Below, piece after piece: positions 54,071 to 64,000 of a stretch of DNA of 64,000 nucleotides (position 1 is the first letter of the stretch; each line of letters opens with the position of its first letter). Both the position numbers and the translations under genes were made by a program. The stretch comes from the human T2T-CHM13v2.0 reference genome, Homo sapiens. Under the pieces are notes generated by a model. That model did not search any database, was not told where the DNA came from, and worked only from the letters and a program-made list of their open reading frames with translations. The stretch is from assembly GCF_009914755.1 (NCBI RefSeq), contig NC_060926.1; one strand, written 5' to 3'.

Positions 54071-57037
54071 ACATTTAATTATGGGAAATAATAAATGGAG
54101 GGGCAGCTGATAGTGTCCTCAGGGTTGTTCTGGCTGCCTGGGATTGGGATGCTCCAGTTTCGCTTTGTTACTCATTCACTGAGCATCTCACCATTCATTG
54201 TCATTCACATATCACCATTCACTGTGCTGAGCTCGGGACAAGTTTGGTGAGAAGGGAGGGTGAGACAGATGCATCCTTGGGCATGCATCCCTGCTTTCCT
54301 GCCAGGTAGGGGACTTTCTGAGGCGTGAGAGGCCTCTGCAGATCCCATTATGTGGGGCTACTCTGTGCCAGTGCCTTGTCCTGGAACCTGGGAATTGGGG
54401 TGCCTGGGTGGGGTCTGCACATGCAGGAGGTGACGAGCAGAGGCACAGCCTGGCTCTTCCTACAAGATGTTCAGGGCTGGCCTCTGGAAGTCAGTCGGCA
54501 AGTCTGACAAATAGCTCTTGGGTGTCTGTGGAATTGCTTTTTGTTAGAGGCATAATCGTTGGACCACTTGCTGTTTTAGCCTTTGTGTAAGAACAGAGTG
54601 TGTTCCTTCAGCGGGGCTGCATCTTATCCATTCGCCTTGCACATATTTATATCTGGATGGATTCGGCGAGGCCAGTAAATGGTCTCTCTGCTTTCCCAAG
54701 ATAGGGCAGATTTTTACACCCACATATAATCTCTTTTCTGAGAATATTGTCCAAAAACTAGGTCATCTATTGTAAAGGAAATTAGATGGTAATTAAATTT
54801 AGCTGGAAGTTACAGTATTGGTGGTTTCATTTTAAAGAGAGTGTGCTTCCCTAATTACTTTATTGCTACAGTTATACTGGTTGGTTTTTATTTTTTGAGG
54901 GGGGCATGGGGTGGTGTTGGAAAAGGTTGTATTTAGTAAGTTAGATGATGAATTCTGGACTTGAATTTTTAGTTGGCAGAGTCCCACGTCCACGTGCAAG
55001 TTTCCTTTCCTTTGTGCCCTTTTCAGATCTACCTGACAGAAGTCAGCTCTACTCCCTGCGCAGTCATTCAGCTCAGCCTCCTCGGGATATCTTTTGACAA
55101 GAGAGCCATATAGACAGATGAGACTAGGCTAGCAAGAGGCAGCTGATTTCAGTGGGTTTTCCTGTATGCGGTCCCTGGTTACAGCTGGATGGGACCTAAA
55201 TGATCTCGCACTGTGTCCCTCCCTTCTCATTTTCCGATTAGAAAGGGCACAAAGACAGAAGCCCGGCAGAAGGCCAGCTTGCTAGTGGAGCGTCAGAGCT
55301 CCTGGGAGAGCACAGGTCAGGTGACACCCTATTCAGTGACCTGTCGTTTGCCACCTTTGATGGGTGGCCCTGAGGTCAGGGAAGCTGGGAAGAGTTGGCC
55401 CCAGCTGGGATTTGGCGTCATCATGCCCACAGGAAATGCTGAGTGACAGGACAACCTTGGAACAGGCTAGCAGGCCCTTGCCTTGGTACATGGGTTACGT
55501 GACTTCTGCACTTTTTCTTAGCGCTGAGATTCACAGAGATCACTCGATCCCGGGGAGCAGGCCCAAAGTGCTCATGGCTCACCACTTGCTCTCCTCCTTG
55601 CCCCTCACCATGAACGTCTTTGACATGAGGCTAGCTGCCTCTCCTTCCTTCTGCTTAAACATTCTAGAGAATCATCCAAGTAAAGGCCATTAAAGTTCCC
55701 AGAGGTGGCCATTCACCATCTCCTGTAGCTTCTTCACTGGGTGCTATTATCATTAGTGTTGGTGAGGAAAGCCTACCGTGAAACTTGTTGCTATGTTCCT
55801 TAAAAAAAAAAAAGTAATTTATTTCTTCTGAAAGCCCACAAGTATGATCCGGTGTACTGTTTCCTAATAAGTACTTTTCATGCTGACTAACTCTTCCTTA
55901 ATTAGGTGGTGCAGGAAGCAGGCAGCCAGCCTGGTGAAGCTGTTCTTGTATCTTTGTGTGGAAGTCACCTGTTCACTGAAGCTGGAGGCTGGCTTTGGAT
56001 TGAATCCTTGCCCAGCAAGGAGGACACCAGGGCTGTTCCTCAAAGTCCCATCTTGGTGTGGTTCATGTGAGGTCCTTGTAAAGCTCACAGTTTAGGAGAA
56101 AATCATAAACAGCAAAATAAGAGCTCAGCTCAGGAGATTTCTTAAAGAGCAAAGAAGGATCCCACAGAGCACATTTTAGCTGGTTAATAAGGAAGCTAGG
56201 TACAAAAGGTCTGCATATAACCTGTTCCCACACTATATCAATATATAATTACCACATATTTTCCAATCTGCCCCTGGGAAATGTGGCAGGTAAAATAGAT
56301 TGAGAAGAAAATAATGGTGCTTGCTGCACAATTTACTAGATTGATATCTGTTAATACTTGAGCAGGCTCCTTGCAGGATGAATAGAAAGCCCCGAATGCT
56401 CCAGTTCAGTCGAAACAAAGTGACTGTTTAAGCTCTTTGTTCTTTTAAATACCTGGTGTGCACTCGCCTGCATACGGAGAGCAGAACATGTACATTTATT
56501 AAGACTTCCCTGTCTTCGGGGTGGCAGGTCTTGCTAGACTTGATCAAGCCCTGTGTGCTATGTGGAAAACGAACACATTTCCATTTCCCGCCATGCCCTC
56601 CCACCCTGACAGGAAATGGAGACTTTCCACATTGGGCTGGTGGATGGAGGCCTTGGCAGGGATCTGTGGTGCTAGAATTAGTCATGCGGGTTAGCTATGA
56701 CCAGACCAGAACAGTCTGGAATCTCCATTTTGTCCTTCTCTTTCTTCTTCTTCCTTATTAAAGAACACAAACAAAAAAAGAATATTTGGAAAGCAGAACT
56801 GCAGCCTTCTAGATCCCTACTACTTTTTTTTTTTTTTTTTTTGCATGTTACCTTTTGGTTTTTGTTCTTATGAAAATAATAATATAAAGATATGTTTTTA
56901 TAGTTACAATTAGTGTACACGTGATTTTTGGAATTCTAATCTCTTTCTGCCCAATAATGTATCAAATTTCCCCAATGTTTTGCCCAGATTTTACACCAGA
57001 AATTTTAAATTAAGACAGCCTAACATTTCATCATGAC

Positions 57038-57553
57038 TGGAGGTCCCCAGCGCCTGGGCCATGAACAGGTACAGGTCTGTGGCCCATTAGGAACTAGGCC
57101 ATACAGCAGGAGGTGAGCAGCAGGTGAGTGAAAGAAAGTTCATCTGTATTTACAGCCACTCCCCATTGCTCACCTTAGCGCCTGAGCTCCACCTCTTTTC
57201 AGATCAGCAACGGCATCAGATTCTCATAGGAGCATAAACCTTATTGTGAACTGTGCATGTGAAGGATCTAGGTTGCATGCTCCTTATAAGAATCTAACGC
57301 CTGATGATCTGTCACTGTCTCCCATCACCCCTAGATGAGACCATCTAGATGGAGGAAAAGCTCAGGGCTCTTACTGACTACATTATGGTGAGTTGTATAA
57401 TTATTTCATTATATATTACAATGTAATAGAAATAAAGTGCACAATAAATGCAATGTGCTTGAATCATCCTCAACCATCACCCTCAACCCCAGACCATGGA
57501 AAAACTGTCTTCCATGAAACTGGTCCCTGGTGCCACAAAGGTTGGGGCCACTA
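57038..57553 (+). mobile_element. MER1A hAT-Charlie non-autonomous DNA transposon, near full length
   Basis: ggtcccca...cagattctcataggagc...tcttccatgaaactggtccctggtgcc...ggttgggg. 8-bp TSD atcatga(c/t). Confidence 0.92.
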
Positions 57554-57577
57554 ATCATGATGATATATAAGAATTTA

Positions 57578-57903
<326 letters not shown>

Positions 57904-57984
57904 CTATGAGATGCCCAGCACAATGACTCTCATTTATTTATTAATTCCTTTGCTTAATAATTCACTGGATAAACATTTTCCTAA

Positions 57985-58367
<383 letters not shown>

Positions 58368-58901
58368 TTGGTCCTTGCCTTTAAAGAGTTCCCTGGCTAG
58401 TGACATGCAAGCATGGGATGGCCATCCAGGCAGGTATGTTAGAGGATAGCACTATGTGCTCTCAGGCTGCAGGTCAGTGGTTTAAAGGGTAGAAGAATGA
58501 TCTCACTTGGAGTCATTAGAGAAGGTCTTGGGGGCTGTGCTTGAGCTGGGCTTTGGTAGGTAAGTGGGGTTCAGCAGATGCAGGTGGGGGCAGCAAGAGA
58601 GGAGAACATGAAACGGCATGGCTCACTCTGACTTGGCTGACTAGCTACAATGTTGTCTGGACTGGGACACTCTTGAGGGTAAAGGGAAGTGTCAGTGATA
58701 ACACGGAGCACTGGGTGTATACTGAGCCTGCTCCTGGCAAGTAGGCTTTATGGATATTCTTAGTGGAATCCTCCTACCAGAACCACGGGTGTATTAGAGC
58801 CTGGGAGTGGGTGGGGGTGTCAGAGAGACCTGGAGAATCTGCATTTTAACAAGCATACCAGGTAATTCTGAGGCAGACAGTTCATGGACTATATGTGTCT
58901 C

Positions 58902-58932
58902 TGTGTGTGTGTACACACACACACACACACAC
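58902..58932. repeat. (TG)n(AC)n head-to-head microsatellite
   Basis: tgtgtgtgtgt followed by acacacacacacacacacac. Confidence 0.95.
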
Positions 58933-59174
58933 TGTTAAATTAGAAGCTCATTTAAGTTTACTTTTAAAACTTTTCACTATGAAAATCTTTCAAAAGACAT
59001 AAAAAGACAGCAGAATCAAGACCCCATAACTGCTCATCCAGCTTCAGCAATTAGCAACACATTTTCCTAATCTTGTTTCATCTGCTTATCCTGGTACTCT
59101 TTTTTTTTTAAATGCTGGAGTATTTTAAAGCAATTTTTAGACATGATTTTACCCATATCCAATATAGACTGTGG

Positions 59175-59447
59175 TTTTTTTTTTTTTTTTTTTACTCTGT
59201 CTCTGTTGCCCAGGCTGGAGTGCAGTGGCGCAACCTCAGCTCACTGCAACCTCCGCCTTAGGTTCAAGTGGTTCTCCTGCCTCGGCCTCCTGAGTAGCTG
59301 GAATTACAGGCACGTGCCACCATGCCCAGCTAATTTTTGTGTTTTTAGTAGAGATGGGGCTTCACCATGTTGGCCGGGCTGGTCTTGAACTCCTGACCTC
59401 AAGTGATCTGCCTGCCTTGGCCTCCCAAAGTGCTGGAATTACAGATG
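59175..59447 (-). mobile_element. Slightly 5'-truncated Alu within an L1ME fragment (~58960-59710)
   Basis: TSD caatatagact on both sides. Confidence 0.93.
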
Positions 59448-60819
59448 TCAATATAGACTTTTTAAATTTTTTTTAAAGCATAATCACTATTTATCACACC
59501 TAAAAAAATTAACAATGATTCTTCACACCCTCCAATACCCCATCATTGTTCAAATTCCCCCAATTGTCTCAAATGTCTCTTTGGAGTTGGTTTAAGATCT
59601 GAAAAATATGCACACGCTGAATTTGGTTGTTAAAGTTCTTAAGTCTCTTTTAAGAAATTTTTCTCCTCTGTGCTGTTTATTGAAGAAATGGATCATGTGT
59701 CCTGTACAGTTTCACAGATCACATTGGTCTGATCTTTCTTGTTTAGGTTACTAGCTCTATTTTGGAGGATTTTGTGGTGGCTTTGGGTAGTCCCTTTCAC
59801 AGGCTCCTAACTATCATGAGCCAGGACATCAGCCACGTGGTTAACGTGATTCTAAGAAAACAAATGGTTTTAATAAGTGACAGTTGTGCTACAGATTCGA
59901 TGATGTGAAAAAGAGTTCTTGCTTTCAAGGAGTGAGAAATCTAACCGGGGCAGCAAAAGTGCAGTCAAAAATTCTGGATGCTGAGTCTTATACACCCAGG
60001 TGGGGAGTGGGGAGGTATCTGGGAATGTGTATCATTTTTCCACCTTTATATGTGTTTTACTTTTTGATTCTGTCATGACTTTTTAAACCATGATAAATAT
60101 TTAAACAATACAGAGCTGAATAATTGCAGTGTTGACAATTGCCCTCTAGCCTCTTCTAATCTTAATTTGGGAGGTCATCAATATCAATAACTTGGTGTAT
60201 GTCTGTCCATATCCTTGAGCTGAATCTTGCTGAATCTTGTAAGCGGAGAGGGCCTTCTCCAGGTGGCCAAGGCAGCCAAGGGCCTTTCCTGGGTGGAGGT
60301 TTCTAGCTAAGGAGGATTCCCTTCCCCCTGGAGCACTGGGGACCCCCTGAAGGATGAGCTGGAGAGAAGTGTGCTTGGATTTATGCTAGGACTTACATGG
60401 CCACAGCGTGGTCCAGGGAGACAAAGAGCCCATGAGCCAGGCTGACGGCTGTGGGAATGGAGAGAGGGACACACATAGCAAAAGGGGTTAGGAGTATCTT
60501 TTTCTCAGAGATACTCTCTTCCCCACTATGAGAAAAATCGCATTTGCTGGCCTCTACTTCCACTTCACTCACTGCTAACCAAGTGTGTCCATTATGTTTG
60601 CTCATGCAGCCCTCAGATGGGCTGGCAGCAGCTGCTTACAAGCATGGCTCTCAGCAGGGTTCTGCAGTGGAGGCTGAGCCCAGCAGGATGCATGGCCATG
60701 AACTCCTGACTAATGAGCACAGGAGGGGAGCAGCAGCCTGTGTGCTGTTCCTGCCTAGATACCATAAAGAGTGATGGCTAGGAGGACCCAGGTTCTTTGG
60801 GATGCTGCAAGAGCTGAGA

Positions 60820-61050
60820 ACAGCAGTATTAGGGATAAAAGCATAAGCTTTGGAGTTGGAAATATCTGAGTTCAAACCCTGGCTTTACCAACTATGTGAT
60901 CTTGAACATGTGACTAAACTGTCCTGATCTCCGTGTTTTGCATCTGTGAAGTGGGATTGGTGAGACCTGCCTTATCGGGCCCCTGGGATAGTGAAATGAG
61001 AAAATACACCCCAAGCACTTGGCATGGTGGATGGCACACAGTGAGCGAGG
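60820..61050 (+). mobile_element. MIR
   Basis: gagttcaaaccctggcttt...tgtgatcttgaacatgtgact...catctgtgaagtggga. Confidence 0.8.
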
Positions 61051-62649
61051 TGGTTCTTGTTATACTGAGACATTAATTTATGCAGACCTCCCAAAGTGGT
61101 GAAGCAGGATGGCCCTGGGGCGAGTCTGCTGTTATTGAAGGCAAGTGGGCAGCTAGGCATGGTTCCTGACTAATGCTACCTCTCTGAGCTTCTTTATCAG
61201 GTTGTGGCCTTCCTTTCTTACCCCCCAGGCTGGCTGCGGCTCTGCATTTTACTTTCTGCCCCTGTGGTGCAATCTTTGATGTGTGCTTTAATGAGATTTC
61301 ACCCAGGCAGGGCCTGGCTGAGAGGCTTGCATTTCATATTTGTCTGCCTGTCAATCCATCAGGCCCCAGAGCGATGGGCACCCACCATATCTCATTTAGC
61401 CCTGGGCTTGCTATGATCCATCCCTCGGTGCCCAAAGGGACACTGTATTTATAGCATCATGCCTGTTTGTCTCCTGCCTTAACCTTGAAATGGTGGCTTT
61501 AACTGATTTTTGTTAACCCTGCCTGGGGAACAAACTGCCGATTCTTACCATTCCGTTCTCACCCTGTTCCATTTCTCTGCAAATGGAGCCTCTTTATCTC
61601 TAGGGAAGAACTTTATCATCTCCATTCACTCACACCCTGATTGGAAACACTGCCTGTGGGGGTGGCAGGCTATCTGGAAGTAGAATATGCCAGAGATTCC
61701 TGGGTCTGTTTTTCCTGAAGCAATTGCTTGTGCATGGAATTGAGGAGAGGATGAAATGCTAAGTAGCCATCTTTTCCCTTGGGGTGGAGTGGTATCAGCT
61801 TTGTTAATATTAAATCATTTTGATGCAGCTTCTTGCTTGGCATTTTTTGGAGTTCAGCATCTCTTTCTGGTTCCAGAATTCTGGGATATTAAATTAGGTC
61901 CCTTGTTGGCCTTGCCCACTTAGATGCAAAGGTTTTCTGGGACAATGTTTGGAGGCTGGAATGTAGCTAAAGGGGTAGCTGGAGAGCGTGGACAGCACAT
62001 TCTCTAGCGGCCCCTTTCTTACAATTACTTTTAAAATGTATTGACGTGATGGTTGTTAAGACTGTGTTGAAAACATCTTTGGGGAGCCACATGAAATAAG
62101 CAATTGAAACATCAGTGGGAAGATGGGCAGATGAAGAAATAAGGAAGCCTTTGGGGCACAGTATATTGAAGTGCTGGTTTTCCCCACCAACCCAGGATGC
62201 AGGCATGGCTCATGCTCTCTGCCCACAGGTTTGTGGGTACCTGTTTTTGACAGTGGTCTTTATCCATGTGTTTTTGTAAACATTAGGACACAGTAAGCTT
62301 TTCTTTTGTATTTTTTTAACAGCAACTTGATTTACACCTGACATTTTGTATTATCCTCATCTGCTAGAGTACATTCAGTAGAGAAGGAGAGGTGGGCACA
62401 GGAGGCAGGAGTGGTGGGAGATATAGCTTTCAGTATTGATAGTATTCTGTGGTGATCTATGCATATGGGCCACCAAGCTTTGGGATAATGAGTTAACTAA
62501 TAAAATGTCTATTGATTAAGAAGAGGGTATTCAGTGTCAGCCACACACTATGATCAGAAAAAGCAACCTCTAACCCCAGCCCAAGTCAATGACACTGATT
62601 TCTTCCTCTTGCAGGTGAGCTTTCCCTTGGCTGTGGGTGGTGGTAGTTG

Positions 62650-62850
62650 TAGTCAATCAGTCAAGATAGGGTAGGTTATGCTGTGGTAACAAACAACTTC
62701 CAAATTTCTGTGCCTTAAAATAACGAAGGTTTGTTTCTTGTACTTGTTCACACTGTGTGCCCTTTGCAGGTCACAGGAGTAGCTCTGCTTTTACTGGAAT
62801 TACTCAGGGTCCCAAGCTGACTGAGTAGCCACCACCTAGAAAGTTGCTGA
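62650..62850. mobile_element. Old MLT1 LTR, resuming at ~63742-63812 after the MER4 insertion
   Basis: gtcaagatagggtaggttatgctgtggtaacaaacaac...actcagggtcccaagctga. Confidence 0.65.
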
Positions 62851-63741
62851 TATAGGTGCAAAAAGCCAAACTCTATAAACTATTTAATGAGGTTTATTCT
62901 GAGCCATTATGAGTGATCATGGCTTGGGGTACAATCTCAAGACTTCCTGAGAAAATGTGTCTGTGGTTGTCAGGTTACATCTTGGTTTTATACATATTAG
63001 GGAGACAGAAGTTACAGGCAATGACATAAATCAATACATGTAAGGTATATATAGGTTTGGCCCAGAAAGGTGAAACATCTCGAAGCAGGGTAGGACTTAC
63101 AGGTCATAGGTAGATTTAAAGGATTTTTGGTTGTCAATTGATTTAAAGAGTTAAGATTGTCTAAAGGGTTGAAATCAGTAGAAAGAAATGCTTGAGTTAA
63201 GATAAGGGGGGGTGTGGAAGTCAAGGTTCTTGTTATGTAGACAAAGCCCCTAAGTAGCAGACTTCCAGAGAGAATAGATGGTAAATATCTCTCTTCGGAC
63301 CTTATGAGGTGTCAGACTCTTAGTTAAATCCCTCCTGGATCCAGAAAAGACCTAGAAAAAGAACGAGATTCCCCATAGTTGCAAATTTCTCCCACAAGAG
63401 ATGGCTTTGCAGGGCTACTTCAAAATATGTTAAATAAATATATTTGGGGATAAAATATTTTTATTGTTTTCAAGGCTTGCTATCATGTGATGCTATACCA
63501 GAGTCAGGTTGAAATATGGTATATTTTATTGCTATGAGGAGTCTGTTTTGTCAGTCTTAGGATCTCTATTTTAACCTTAATGCTGGTCAGTTGTGCCAAA
63601 CTCCAAAAGGAGGGGGTATACTGAGGTGTGTCTGACTTCCCTTTTTGTCATGGGCAGGAATTCAGCCTTTCAGGTTTCTCTTGGTCCAGAGATGGTCCGT
63701 TCAGTCAGTTGGGGGACTCAGGATTTTATTTTCGGCTTACA
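62851..63741 (-). mobile_element. MER4-group ERV1 solo LTR (long MER4B/D/E-like form)
   Basis: The minus strand begins TGTAAGCCGAAAATAAAAT. It shares aggtttattctgagcc and aatgctggtc blocks with the LTR at 4580. Confidence 0.85.
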
Positions 63742-63812
63742 TTGGTCATTGTGCCAGGGGAAAAGAGTTCTGGAGGGACTTGCACTGGTAACTAAATGTT
63801 TCAGCTTAGAGG

Positions 63813-64000
63813 TGAAGGAGATCTGAATATGCCACCCCCAAACGGCTACTTTGGCCTAAGAATTACTTTGATCTGAAGGCAATTAAGAAACAACAGACAG
63901 AGGAGGAACCCTCTCTCCTCTACCTTTCTTCCTGAAAGCAGGGCATACATTTTCCTTTGTGAAGGTGTCCCCCCTCCTCTCTCCCGTACCAGGAAGAGGA
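63813..64000 (+). mobile_element. MER34/MER39-like LTR 5' part, cut by the window edge
   Basis: tgaaggagatctgaatatgccacccc...actttggc...tgaaggcaattaagaaaca. Confidence 0.7.

Overview
This is primate, most likely human, non-coding genomic DNA (intergenic or deep intronic). I cannot name the locus. No credible host protein-coding exon is visible: the ORF-track entries are Alu-, L1- or microsatellite-derived, or chance frames. About 18 Alus, L1PA/L1M, L2 and MIR fragments, MER4/MER21/MER34/MLT1/MLT2-type solo LTRs and hAT-Charlie DNA elements (MER1A, MER5, MER102) make up much of the window. Non-repeat features are a decayed 7SK retropseudogene (~2367-2555), a small CpG-rich NRF1/ETS promoter-like patch (~35.5-35.95 kb) and several homeodomain-motif-dense blocks. 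The most unusual observation is four same-strand, non-tandem local copy-paste duplications of 27-188 bp. Three of them lie within 41-49 kb with offsets of 1199, 1232 and 1254 bp, which suggests templated-insertion repair. Repeat subfamily calls come from remembered consensus sequences and boundaries of old repeats are approximate. I see no convincing evidence of a new gene system.
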